DNA from: an uncultured bacterium
GTDB lineage: Bacteria; Oederibacteriota; Oederibacteriia; Oederibacteriales; Oederibacteriaceae
Assembly (NCBI GenBank): GCA_965112635.1
Contig: OZ218778.1
Span: 1,568,001 to 1,632,000 of the forward strand
Length of the DNA: 64,000 nt
Reading direction: 5' to 3'
This document shows, one piece after another, positions 27,901 to 37,814 of this stretch. A model generated the notes under the pieces. The model worked only from the letters and a program-made list of their open reading frames with translations, searched no databases and had not been told where the DNA came from. The number at the start of each line of letters is the position of its first letter. Positions within the stretch are counted from its first letter, which is position 1. The position numbers and the translations under genes are program-made.

Positions 27901-30741
27901 ATGGAAGAAAACCTAAAAAGTGTTCCCAGAACAGGTGATTTCGTAAAGATCAAAGGAAGAGATGATCTCGGTGTTGTGGAAATATACCGGGTCAGTGATG
28001 TCTTTGGGTCATATCAGGCAGAAGTCGTCTATGAGGACACAACAGGCAGGCATTTGCAGAGCTTTCCTATTGAGAGGCTTGAGCCTGCTCCAGACCTTTG
28101 GGAAAGAATAAGGCGAAATGATATTGATGCCCCGGTAGATTTTCTTTTAAAACAACTGTCATTTCAAATCCCGCTCCAAAATACAGGAGGTCAGCTTTCT
28201 AATAGTCGTACTGATTTGCTACCGCACCAGATACTGATCACCAGGGATGTGGTGTCAGCCAAAAGGCGTAGGTTTCTGATCGCTGATGAGGTGGGCCTTG
28301 GTAAAACTATTGAAGCAGGAATGATCCTTAGAGAATTGATCAGCAGAAACGAAGCAAAAAGAATACTGGTGATAGCTCCTGCTGGGCTAATAAAAAATTG
28401 GCAGCAAGAGTTAAGGGATGCTTTTAGGCTTAATTTTGAGGTGCTGGGCGTGGACTTTGTTGATCACGGTGTTACTTCATGGGAAACGCACAATCAGGTG
28501 ATCGCTTCGGTAGATACAGTCGAAAAGACCCAGCGATTGGAGAGGTTGCTGGGTGGGCCACGCTGGGATGTCATTATCTTTGATGAGGCTCATCACTTGA
28601 GCAGATTAAAGTATGGGAAAAAAATTCAGTCAACACTGAATTACAAGTTGGCAGAGGCAATAAAAGGACATACCCGTGATCTGCTGTTCCTTTCAGCTAC
28701 CCCTCATCAGGGCAATACTTTCCAGTTCTGGTCGCTTATCCAGCTATTAGACGATTCCCTTTTTGAGGATGAAGATTCATTACGAGAGCACAAAGGATTT
28801 CTTAATCAGGTAATGATCCGAAGGACAAAACGGGAGGTTACGGATAAAAACGGCGATCCAATATTTATGCGAAGGCAAGTGCATACTCAATCCTTCCAGT
28901 TAGCCATCAGGGAGAAAAACTTCTATGAAAGCCTGACGGAGTATCTAAAAGAAGGCTATACCGCAGCGGGTTTGGGTGAGAAAAAAACAACCTCTGAGCA
29001 GAGGGCCATCGGGTTTGTTATGACGACTTTTCAAAAGATTATGTCTTCTAGTATGAGAGCTATCAGGCAGGCCCTAAGACGCCGATTGCTTGTGTTGCTT
29101 ATCCGTCAACAGATGGATTTAGAAAACCGGCGTAGACATCAAGCGAGTCACTCAAGGATTGCAGAGGAAATAATTAAAATCCAGGACGAGATGAGACAGT
29201 TGGCAACCCTACTTTCAAATATTCCCAACAGCGGGTCTCGACAAGCTGATTTGGATGCTTACATAGCCCAGATGAAGCAGAAGGTCAGCAGAAAATATAT
29301 GCAGCAAAATGACGAGGAGACTGAATGGTCCTTGGATGCTGATGAAGGCGGAGAAGAAGGAATTTATACTGATGCCAGCATCCCTGATGAGATTTCAAAG
29401 GTAAAAGAGCTATTAAGGATCGTGCCTGAGGGTGTTGATAGAAAATTTGATACTTTAACAAGGGCTGTTGATTCGATTAGGAAAGATAATCCAGGAGAAA
29501 AGTTTGTTATTTTTACGCAGTATGTTGAAACATTGCTCTTTTTACAGGAAAAGCTCGGTTCTATTTATGGCGAGGGCAAGGTCGTCGTTATAAGAGGCGG
29601 TCCTCTTGATGACAAAATCGAAGCCAAGGATAAATTTTGGGAGGAAAATGGGGCTCAGTTCCTTCTTTGCACCTCAGCAGGAGGAGAGGGGATAAATCTG
29701 CAAGTTGGTCATATTCTATTTAACTATGACCTTCCCTGGAATCCAATGGCAGTGGAGCAGAGAATAGGTCGCATTCACCGCTATGGACAGAAGGATACGG
29801 CACAGGTTTATAACCTGGTTGCTGAAGATACAGTAGAGAAAAACATTTATGACATATTGAATACAAAATTGATGGATATTGCTACGGAAATTGGAAAAGT
29901 GGACTCAGAAACACACCAGCCATTAGAGGATTTTCGTTCAGAAATACTTGGATTTCTTGGTTCATCCCCAAATTATCTTGAATTGTACAAGAGAGCCCTG
30001 GTGGATAAGGATTATTTGAGAACAGAAAAAGAAATTACTGAGGCTATGCAAAATGCTTTGCAGGCCAGTGAGGCGCTTAAAAGTCTGACGATGGATTTAA
30101 AAACTTTTAATCTTCAGGAGTATCTGGATATAGAAGGAAAGTTTTCTCTTGGAGATTTAAAGACTTTTACGCAAACAGCTATCTTGAGATTAGGTGGGTC
30201 AATCCTTCCCAAGGGTGAATTTTTGTCTATTGTCACGCCAAAACCCTTGTTGAAATACACCAATGTTTTGCCTAAGTATGAGTTGGTTTCTTTTGATAGG
30301 GAAGCTGCCATGCGTAAGAGGTCGGCAGAACTCTTCGGATTAGGGCATCCACTTATAGACGCTTTGATCGATTATATGCAGCAAATTACCACGCTAGGCG
30401 ATGTCACATCAATGAACTCAACCGATAATGCAGATACCTATGCGATCGTGAATACGTTATTAACTGTTGATTTGGAGGGCGGTAAACAGCATAGAGAATT
30501 CAAAATAATTCGTACTACATCAAGTGGTGATGCACAAGTTTTGACTGATGATTGGCTACTGAAAAGATTATCTATGGACATTACCCAAAGAAACGCCAAG
30601 GGATCAAAAATGAACTGGATTGAAATAAAGCAATCCTACGAAGGCGCCATAGGTGTCATTTTAACCCAAATCAAATCGAGTTTGGAAAGGCCCATAGGAG
30701 CCAGGGTAAGGCTTTTAGGGGTAGCAGAGGTTATTAATTAG
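27901..30741 (+). CDS. SNF2-family helicase
   Basis: PHQ, ADEVGLGKT, DEAH, SATP, GEGINLQ, QRIGRIHRYGQ. Confidence 0.95.
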   Translation: MEENLKSVPRTGDFVKIKGRDDLGVVEIYRVSDVFGSYQAEVVYEDTTGRHLQSFPIERLEPAPDLWERIRRNDIDAPVDFLLKQLSFQIPLQNTGGQLSNSRTDLLPHQILITRDVVSAKRRRFLIADEVGLGKTIEAGMILRELISRNEAKRILVIAPAGLIKNWQQELRDAFRLNFEVLGVDFVDHGVTSWETHNQVIASVDTVEKTQRLERLLGGPRWDVIIFDEAHHLSRLKYGKKIQSTLNYKLAEAIKGHTRDLLFLSATPHQGNTFQFWSLIQLLDDSLFEDEDSLREHKGFLNQVMIRRTKREVTDKNGDPIFMRRQVHTQSFQLAIREKNFYESLTEYLKEGYTAAGLGEKKTTSEQRAIGFVMTTFQKIMSSSMRAIRQALRRRLLVLLIRQQMDLENRRRHQASHSRIAEEIIKIQDEMRQLATLLSNIPNSGSRQADLDAYIAQMKQKVSRKYMQQNDEETEWSLDADEGGEEGIYTDASIPDEISKVKELLRIVPEGVDRKFDTLTRAVDSIRKDNPGEKFVIFTQYVETLLFLQEKLGSIYGEGKVVVIRGGPLDDKIEAKDKFWEENGAQFLLCTSAGGEGINLQVGHILFNYDLPWNPMAVEQRIGRIHRYGQKDTAQVYNLVAEDTVEKNIYDILNTKLMDIATEIGKVDSETHQPLEDFRSEILGFLGSSPNYLELYKRALVDKDYLRTEKEITEAMQNALQASEALKSLTMDLKTFNLQEYLDIEGKFSLGDLKTFTQTAILRLGGSILPKGEFLSIVTPKPLLKYTNVLPKYELVSFDREAAMRKRSAELFGLGHPLIDALIDYMQQITTLGDVTSMNSTDNADTYAIVNTLLTVDLEGGKQHREFKIIRTTSSGDAQVLTDDWLLKRLSMDITQRNAKGSKMNWIEIKQSYEGAIGVILTQIKSSLERPIGARVRLLGVAEVIN

Positions 30742-30764
30742 TGCAGTTCAGTAGAGGTAAATAA

Positions 30765-32135
30765 ATGAAGAATTTTGATGATCCAATAATAGTTCAATTA
30801 ATTCAAAAATTAATTGATTCGCAATACTATAAGTTGGAAGAGGAGTATTTTAAAAAATTCCAAAAGCATCAGGCCGAAATGTCGTTAAGGGGAGTACAAA
30901 GATCGGGATCTAATATTCAGGGGGTAATAAAAATAATAAAAGAGGAGCTGGATTTAAGGGCCGAATTTATATTCAATAATTTGAAGAAGATATTTAATAT
31001 TGTTCGAATTCCAGATAGAGGAAATTTATTGGTAGAAATGAAACAATATTTTATGGAAAAAATGAAGTTTGAAGAGGCCCAATTTCTTAAAAGAGTAAAA
31101 GAGGTTTCTATTAATGCTGGATTAAAACATGGTAATTCAGATATTGAGATAACGCGGCAAGTGGATATGTTAATAAACAAGTATCATGGTGAGATTGAAT
31201 TATTTTTAATCGAGTTAGCCAATAAGAATAAAAATGTAAATAATTCAGATAGTAGAAGTATTGTAGGAGATGCAACAATGGTGTTGCTTTATTTAGCCAA
31301 TTATGAAAAAGAACCCGGGGATATTCAAAAAGGGCATTATCAATTTGAAGCATCCGAGCTTGCCGAGGGGATTTCAATTGAACCTAACCGATTAAATGAT
31401 GCTGTTGATTTATTAGAAGAAAATAATTATGCAGAAGTTACAAGAACTATAGGCACAGCACCTTTTATGTTTCATTGGATAACTTTAACAACAAGAGGCA
31501 GAATTGAAGCAGAGAGATTGTCAAATATAAAGAAGACAGATATTCAGAAGCAGGATCAAAATCCACAGTTAGTGGAACCCATTATTTCCCGTTCTCCAAC
31601 ACCTGTTGGTTCTCCCTATGGTTTTACATTGCAAGATTGGGAATCAGTAAGTATTGACAGAGAAGACGCGACACGACTTATTGTTGTTTTTGGCCATCAA
31701 TGGGAATCTAAACACTTTAAATCAGAAACAATAAGAGAAAATATAAAAAATATGTTTGAAAGTTCACTGAAAGCTGTGGAAAAAAAGTTAGTGGGCGGAA
31801 CCGTAAGGCTTGATTATCGTCCTCTTCGTGGGGGATATGGTGGGCACCTTTTTAATCAAATTGCGCGCGATATTATTGGTGCAGATATAGCAGTCTTTGA
31901 AACAAGTGATCATAATCCAAATGTAATGATTGAGCTTGGTGTTGCGCTTACATGGGGAATCAGGGTTCTACCAATTAAAAATAAAAATGCTCAAACAGTG
32001 CCAAACGATATCTCAGGACAAACATATGCAGAATATTCTGAAGATGGGAAGACATGGGTTGATCCTGAACATGGAATAAAATTAGAAAAGATGATTGAAA
32101 TGGTTATGAAAAGAAAGCCGGGTAAACAAAACTAA
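30765..32135 (+). CDS. Multi-domain protein with wHTH-like middle and C-terminal nucleoside-deoxyribosyltransferase/TIR-like fold
   Basis: IARDIIGADIAVFETSDHNPNVMIELGVA..P.DI motif. Confidence 0.7.
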   Translation: MKNFDDPIIVQLIQKLIDSQYYKLEEEYFKKFQKHQAEMSLRGVQRSGSNIQGVIKIIKEELDLRAEFIFNNLKKIFNIVRIPDRGNLLVEMKQYFMEKMKFEEAQFLKRVKEVSINAGLKHGNSDIEITRQVDMLINKYHGEIELFLIELANKNKNVNNSDSRSIVGDATMVLLYLANYEKEPGDIQKGHYQFEASELAEGISIEPNRLNDAVDLLEENNYAEVTRTIGTAPFMFHWITLTTRGRIEAERLSNIKKTDIQKQDQNPQLVEPIISRSPTPVGSPYGFTLQDWESVSIDREDATRLIVVFGHQWESKHFKSETIRENIKNMFESSLKAVEKKLVGGTVRLDYRPLRGGYGGHLFNQIARDIIGADIAVFETSDHNPNVMIELGVALTWGIRVLPIKNKNAQTVPNDISGQTYAEYSEDGKTWVDPEHGIKLEKMIEMVMKRKPGKQN

Positions 32136-32296
32136 TTGGATAGGATTTAATAATTTGGCACAAACACTGATATTGCTTTTGCTAATATTATGGTCCTTTG
32201 TTGTGTTCATTTTAGGATTTATAGTGGCTCGACGGAAAATATATTTAAAAATAGGTAGATGGCTTGTCGCCATTGAATTGAGTAGCAGGTGAAATC

Positions 32297-34843
32297 ATGA
32301 CGATTTCGATCAGTGATCTTGAAAAATGGTTTGAAGATCGGCCTAAATGGTTACAAGACACAGCGCGGAGACTTATTCAGAATGGTCTTCTTACCGAGCA
32401 AGATTTAACAGACTTGCTTAATATTTGTATAGCAGAGGCAAGTGGGCAATTGGTGGCCTTTTCAGGCATTCCCTCTGGTGCTCTTGCTGTACAAGAACAA
32501 ACAAAGCCACTGCGTCTTGAATCTATTTCTGATATACAGGGTATTAATGCTCTTAATCCAGGTAAACCTATGGAATTTGGGAAAGATTCCCTTTGCATAG
32601 TATATGGTCAAAATGGGACTGGAAAATCCGGTTATGTACGACTGTTGAAGAACGCATGTGGAGTACGACGCCCCGGAGAACTTTTCACTAATATATTCAA
32701 TGCCAACCATCAAGCTCAGGATGCCAAATTTACATTTATCGAAGATACACAGACCAAGACTTCCATTTGGAGCGGCCAACCATTACAAGAACTTCGAGGT
32801 GTTGACATCTACGACACAGTTTGTGGCCTCGAATACGTGAACGATGAAAACGAAGTCGCTTTTGAGCCGTGGCTGTTGCGCTTATTCAGTCAATTAACCC
32901 GAGCTTGTGAAATCGTGAGTCAGAAAATACAGAATCTAATTGTATTGAATGTCTCGAAAAAACCTTCTATTCCAGCTGAGTATTCAATGACGTCATCAGC
33001 TATATGGTATGCGAATATCACAGCCAGCACACCACTTATGGAGTTGGATGATAAAACAAATTGGATGCCAGTTAATGAAACAAGTATGTCTGAAATTAAT
33101 AAGAGGCTTAACGAAACCAACCCTTCAATTAAAGCTGTCACGCTTCGCCGTCAGGGGACTGTGATTGTCAACCTTTTGAATGATTTGAAGCAATATTTTA
33201 AAGACATCTCCATCGAAAAATGCGATGTCTATTTACGAACAAAGGCCGAAGCAAAAGCCAAACGTAAAGCAGTAAATCAAGATGCAAGAAAAGTATTTGA
33301 ACAAGCGCCTCTTGCTGGTATCGGTTCTGAGTCATGGCAACTACTATGGGAGGCAGCACGGAAATACTCTACAGAACAAGCCTATAAGGAGAGACCTTTT
33401 CCGAATGTTGCCGATGATGCCCATTGCGTCTTGTGTCAGTGTGCGCTTGACCTCGAAAGCCGTGACAGATTCAAAGCCTTTGAAAAATTCGTAAAGGGTG
33501 AGTTGCAGAATCAAGCCATTCAAGCTGAGAAGACTCTTCAAGCTATTGAGGCAGCATTCCCTGATATACCAACTGCCGATGCACTTACGCTGAAAATGGA
33601 TGCAGCTGGAATCACAGATTCCAGCGTTAGGGTGATGGTTGCGGAATTTTCCACAACTCTTGCCAATCGGAAACAATCCTGCAGGCTAGCAGAAAATCTC
33701 AGCGAAGTGACAGCTCTCCCAGTCTGCGAAGTTTGGACCAGATTAAATGCGCTTTCTGTAGAAAATGATAAGCAAGCCGTTGCCTGTGATGAAGACGCCA
33801 AAGGTCAGAACCGCCCAGAATTAGAAAACAAAGCAAAAGAAATGTCAGCACGGAAATGGTTGCATCAACAGCGGAAGGCGATTGATGTTGAACAAATCCG
33901 TCTCGCTACTGTCCAACAATTAAATGCGGCAAAAAACCTTACAGATACGATTGCGCTCTCTCGTCGTAAATCGATCCTTACAGAGGAATTAATAACAAAC
34001 GCATATATTCAACGTTTCAAGGCCGAACTTAAAGCACTTAAAGCCGACCATCTGCCGGTGGAGTTAAATAAGACAAGGGCAGAGGTAGGACGTGTTTATC
34101 ACCAGATCGCTCTCCAAAACGCAGTAAAGGCAGTGAAGACATCGGATATCCTAAGCGAAGGGGAATTTCGTATAGTCTCTCTGGCAGCTTTTCTTGCTGA
34201 CACCGAAGGCCGGGGCGCTAAAACGCCATTTATTTTCGATGATCCTATTTCCTCGCTGGATCAAGGGTATGAAGAAGCTACGGCACAGCGCCTTATCGCG
34301 TTGAGTAAGATACGACAGGTTATTGTCTTTACACACCGTCTTTCGCTGGTTGGTCTTCTGGAGAAGTATGCAGAAAAGGAGAGTTTAGAAAAAACAATCA
34401 TCTGTTTAAGCCGACTCAGAATAGGGGATATTGCGGAATTGCCTATAACGCTAACAAAGACCAAACCTACCGCCAACCGTTTTTTAAACGATCGCTTAAG
34501 GGTAGCAAAAACTGCTTATCAGACTGGCGATACTGAGTATGAAAAGGAGGCAGGGTCGTTATGCCGGGATATCCGCATCCTGCTTGAGCAAATAGTGGAA
34601 ACGGATTTATTAGCTGGTGTTGTCAGAAGGTTTCATCCTGAAGTTCAAACCAAAAACAAGATTGGACATCTTGCCAAGATTACACCTGAAGACTGTAAAT
34701 TTATAGATGACATGATGACGGCATATTCGCGGTACGAGCATTCACAATCTGACGAAACTCCGATTGGACTCCCCAAACCAGATGACATAGAAAAGGACTT
34801 GAAGGCAATTATTAGTTTTATTAAAACCATTCAGGAGCGTTAA
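32297..34843 (+). CDS. RloC-like SMC/ABC ATPase with possible C-terminal HEPN-like domain
   Basis: GQNGTGKS, zinc hook CVLC, signature LSEGE, FDDPISSLD, FTH, C-terminal SRYEH. Confidence 0.75.
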   Translation: MTISISDLEKWFEDRPKWLQDTARRLIQNGLLTEQDLTDLLNICIAEASGQLVAFSGIPSGALAVQEQTKPLRLESISDIQGINALNPGKPMEFGKDSLCIVYGQNGTGKSGYVRLLKNACGVRRPGELFTNIFNANHQAQDAKFTFIEDTQTKTSIWSGQPLQELRGVDIYDTVCGLEYVNDENEVAFEPWLLRLFSQLTRACEIVSQKIQNLIVLNVSKKPSIPAEYSMTSSAIWYANITASTPLMELDDKTNWMPVNETSMSEINKRLNETNPSIKAVTLRRQGTVIVNLLNDLKQYFKDISIEKCDVYLRTKAEAKAKRKAVNQDARKVFEQAPLAGIGSESWQLLWEAARKYSTEQAYKERPFPNVADDAHCVLCQCALDLESRDRFKAFEKFVKGELQNQAIQAEKTLQAIEAAFPDIPTADALTLKMDAAGITDSSVRVMVAEFSTTLANRKQSCRLAENLSEVTALPVCEVWTRLNALSVENDKQAVACDEDAKGQNRPELENKAKEMSARKWLHQQRKAIDVEQIRLATVQQLNAAKNLTDTIALSRRKSILTEELITNAYIQRFKAELKALKADHLPVELNKTRAEVGRVYHQIALQNAVKAVKTSDILSEGEFRIVSLAAFLADTEGRGAKTPFIFDDPISSLDQGYEEATAQRLIALSKIRQVIVFTHRLSLVGLLEKYAEKESLEKTIICLSRLRIGDIAELPITLTKTKPTANRFLNDRLRVAKTAYQTGDTEYEKEAGSLCRDIRILLEQIVETDLLAGVVRRFHPEVQTKNKIGHLAKITPEDCKFIDDMMTAYSRYEHSQSDETPIGLPKPDDIEKDLKAIISFIKTIQER

Positions 34844-35034
34844 AAAAAATAAACGGGGAAAGGAGTCAAGCTGCCTTTGATGTTATGAAAGCGTTTTTTG
34901 CTAGTATATGTTTAAAATATATTAAAGAGCTACGACTCAGACTATTCTCACAAAAGGCGCTGAAGGCCCAAGCTAGAAAAATATGGGGTGATATCAAAAT
35001 AACTTCGACTCACTGAAAATGTCACTGAGGGAAA

Positions 35035-35721
35035 ATGATCACCATTTCAAGGAAAAAGAACCTGGTGTTAGCTATTCAAGCCTGCTTGAAAAATGCCGAA
35101 CGATTATTAAATGAAAGCGAAATGCTGGAGTTTGAAAATCCACTTGCCACAAAGTATTTTTATTCAGTTATAGCTCAGGAAGAATGTGCAAAAGCCTTTT
35201 TGCTTTATATGGTCTCAATAAATGTAATTCCTTGGAGTCGATATGTTTTTAGGGCCCTGGAAGATCATAAATGTAAACAACTAATATGTGTTGTTCTAGA
35301 TCATTTATGTCCCGATGATGATACCTGGTCTGAAATAATTAAATCTCAAAAATTACCCGGATATCCTAAAAAAGTATCGGATGCTTTACAAATATTGCGT
35401 TATGAGAAAATTGGTAGGTGGAAATCATCTAATTGGGTATGGGCTGAGGATCCGAAGTGGGACAGGGAAGCTAAGAAAATCGCAGAAGGGTTTCGAGATC
35501 GAATGAAGCAAGATGCGTTGTATGTGCGTTTGAATAAATTTGGAAAGGTTGTAACCACACCGGATTCAATAGCAAAATTAAAGGCAGAATATGAATATGA
35601 ACGTGCTCAAGACTTCAGAAGATTTACACAAGATATTTCGGAACAAAAACCTCGGGCGGGCCTTAATTATGAGATTATAGAAAATAGTTTCAAATTATTA
35701 TTTTCTGAAGTGCTGGATTAA
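35035..35721 (+). CDS. AbiV-family (HEPN) abortive infection protein
   Basis: NAERLL..A.EE.AK..H..KQ..KQDALYV pattern. Confidence 0.75.
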   Translation: MITISRKKNLVLAIQACLKNAERLLNESEMLEFENPLATKYFYSVIAQEECAKAFLLYMVSINVIPWSRYVFRALEDHKCKQLICVVLDHLCPDDDTWSEIIKSQKLPGYPKKVSDALQILRYEKIGRWKSSNWVWAEDPKWDREAKKIAEGFRDRMKQDALYVRLNKFGKVVTTPDSIAKLKAEYEYERAQDFRRFTQDISEQKPRAGLNYEIIENSFKLLFSEVLD

Positions 35722-35729
35722 TAAAGTAA

Positions 35730-36524
35730 ATGGGAAAGAATATTAATGATGGAAAATGCTTGAAAGGACTAATTGTGGAATGTGACAATTCGTTAAAAAT
35801 TAAGAAAGAAAGAATAATTAATGGTTTAGATGCTTTTTACAATAGCATGAAGAGAAACGACCCAAAATATCATCGTTACCATTCTTGGGAATATTGTTAT
35901 AAATATTTTTACAATCTTTTTAAACAGCTTAAAGATGGCAGGAAAAAGAATTTGGGGGTTAGCGAAATAGATGGAGCTTGTTTGAATCTGGCCTTTTATC
36001 TGGCAAGCTGGGGAATGTACAGGGGATCATCCTTCCTATTATGGAAAGATTATAAGGTTTTTGAAAGTTTGATTATGAAATTATTTAAAGAACAATATTG
36101 GATGAATCTTTGGAATTCAAAGGTCAGTAGCTGGTCTGAAAAAGAAATAATTATTTTAATGGAATTGAAGGATGCTATTAAAAACGACCTAATTACGAAA
36201 AGTGGCTATGTTAAAGATACTGATAAAAACCCCAAAAAAAAGGAAGGTGGAGTAACGGATACCCTTATTACTAAGATTTTAATGGGAACATTAGGATGCA
36301 TTCCTGCGTTTGATGCGGTATTTAAAAGAGGAGTTATAAAACAAAAAGTTATTGGAAATAAAAGGCAATTCGTTTTAAATGAAAAAAATATCAAGAAGAT
36401 ATTGTGTTTTTATAAAGTTAATCATAAATCATTTGATGAAAAAAGGATTTATATTGAAGGGACAAATATTTGTTATCCGCCAATGAAAAAGGTTGATATG
36501 TTTTTTTGGAATATGGGAAATTAA
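35730..36524 (+). CDS. Hypothetical protein, possible helix-hairpin-helix glycosylase-like
   Basis: YLASWGMYRGSSFL, TLITKILMGTLGCIPAFD, K.VDMFFW. Confidence 0.6.
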   Translation: MGKNINDGKCLKGLIVECDNSLKIKKERIINGLDAFYNSMKRNDPKYHRYHSWEYCYKYFYNLFKQLKDGRKKNLGVSEIDGACLNLAFYLASWGMYRGSSFLLWKDYKVFESLIMKLFKEQYWMNLWNSKVSSWSEKEIIILMELKDAIKNDLITKSGYVKDTDKNPKKKEGGVTDTLITKILMGTLGCIPAFDAVFKRGVIKQKVIGNKRQFVLNEKNIKKILCFYKVNHKSFDEKRIYIEGTNICYPPMKKVDMFFWNMGN

Positions 36525-36578
36525 ACTGCTTTTGGCTTACAGTACATTGATAAAAAGGTAATAGCTAGTCCCTGGAAA

Positions 36579-37022
36579 ATGCGTAGTGAAAAGTTGTCTT
36601 CGAGATATACGGCCCAGTGGAATGATCTGGTGAAAAGTATTACTTTTGATTATTTAATGAAAAAGGAGAAATCAATGCCAAAGGTGTCAATTACTGTCCA
36701 TTTATTTGGCGCGGTGGATGATATTAAATTGGACAGTTTAATGCCTCAGACTGCTTTAATAGAAATATGGAAACTTTGTTTGGATAAGAAAACCACATTT
36801 CCAGAATGGATTCGTGGGATAGTTAAGCAGCATAATATTCCACCAAATGATCCAATTGCACTAGAACTAACAAGGATGTTAATCCCTGAAACCGATTTGC
36901 TGTGGACTTTAGCTGCTTTAGATGGTGGTGCGAAAAATAAGGATTTAACAAAAAAATGGTTGGGTTTATGGATTGATATTAAGAAAATTGAATGGGGCGA
37001 TGGGAAATCATCTGCATTCTAA
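36579..37022 (+). CDS. Hypothetical protein
   Basis: 147 aa ORF co-oriented with island genes. Confidence 0.55.
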   Translation: MRSEKLSSRYTAQWNDLVKSITFDYLMKKEKSMPKVSITVHLFGAVDDIKLDSLMPQTALIEIWKLCLDKKTTFPEWIRGIVKQHNIPPNDPIALELTRMLIPETDLLWTLAALDGGAKNKDLTKKWLGLWIDIKKIEWGDGKSSAF

Positions 37023-37041
37023 TTAGCCGTAAGTAGCCCTT

Positions 37042-37107
37042 CCTGCCTCAAGTTTTTTCCCATTTTTGCACCCAATTCCGGTGGAATTAGCAGCTTTTTC
37101 CTGTGTC
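37042..37107 (-). pseudogene. Degenerate fragment of the XRE HTH gene
   Basis: TQEKAANSTGIGCKNGKKLEAG vs TQESAANSSGIEYKRWQKLEAG encoded at 38399-38464. Confidence 0.75.
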
Positions 37108-37135
37108 GCAAATTCCGCTGAAAGCGACCAGTGAT
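37108..37135 (+). mobile_element. IS21-like terminal repeat remnant
   Basis: AAATTCCGCTGAAAGCGAC, identical to 38237-38255. Confidence 0.5.
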
Positions 37136-37200
37136 ACTGTCCAGTCTCGATGATTTGAGTGTTTATTTTAGTTTGTGGTAAAATTATAGTAATGAATTTG

Positions 37201-37285
37201 TAACTAACGAAAGGGCGACCCGTGACGAAAGTCCGGGGGCAGAGCTTCCGCCTAAAAAAAGGCACAGGAGCATACCGAATGGTTA
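37201..37285 (+). ncRNA. c-di-GMP-I (GEMM-I)-like riboswitch
   Basis: P1 TAACT/GGTTA, AAAGGGC, GAAA tetraloop stem CCCG.GAC-GAAA-GTC.CGGG, CCTAA..AGG receptor, TACCG; lies upstream of the STAS gene. Confidence 0.6.
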
Positions 37286-37421
37286 AATGTGTTTCTTTAA
37301 TTACAAACTGTTTCCAGCCAATTAGAACATTCCCTCAATCCTTAAGCCTAAATTTTCACTTCAAAAGAAATCTCCGTCCTAAAACCGAGTATTTATCCGA
37401 CACAGTTGGAGGAGGTTTTTT

Positions 37422-37790
37422 ATGTTGACTGAAAAAAACCTATTGATTGAAACAAATTCTTTGGAGATAAGAAATGGCAGTAAATTGATCCTGCAGGGCT
37501 ACCTTGATGCCGATACCGTTGATATTTTAAAGGATAAATTAAACTGTTTAATTCAGGTGAATAAAATCAATATCATTATTGATTTAAAGGATTTAACTTT
37601 TATAGGCTGCAGTGGATGGGAAACTATACGTAAGTTTGGGCTGGGGGCCTTGGAGCGAGGAGGAAGAGTAGTGCTTGTTAATATGAGCGACAAAATTGAA
37701 AGAACATATAATATGCTTGGCCTATCCGCTTTTTTACCGTCATTTAAAGATGAGCCCGAGGCTGTGTGCTATTTGGAGCAGAAGAGTTAA
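37422..37790 (+). CDS. STAS-domain (anti-anti-sigma-like) protein
   Basis: LQGYLDA, IIIDLKDLTFIGCSG, GGRVVLVN..IERTYNMLGL. Confidence 0.85.
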   Translation: MLTEKNLLIETNSLEIRNGSKLILQGYLDADTVDILKDKLNCLIQVNKINIIIDLKDLTFIGCSGWETIRKFGLGALERGGRVVLVNMSDKIERTYNMLGLSAFLPSFKDEPEAVCYLEQKS

Positions 37791-37814
37791 ACTTGTTTAG
37801 AAAGCAATCATTTA

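Noticed and set aside
32137-32292. Short hydrophobic reading frame between defence genes
   Set aside because: No convincing start codon or RBS
37023-37265. 80-aa minus-strand ORF as a real gene
   Set aside because: Chimera of riboswitch antisense, IS-like end and HTH fragment
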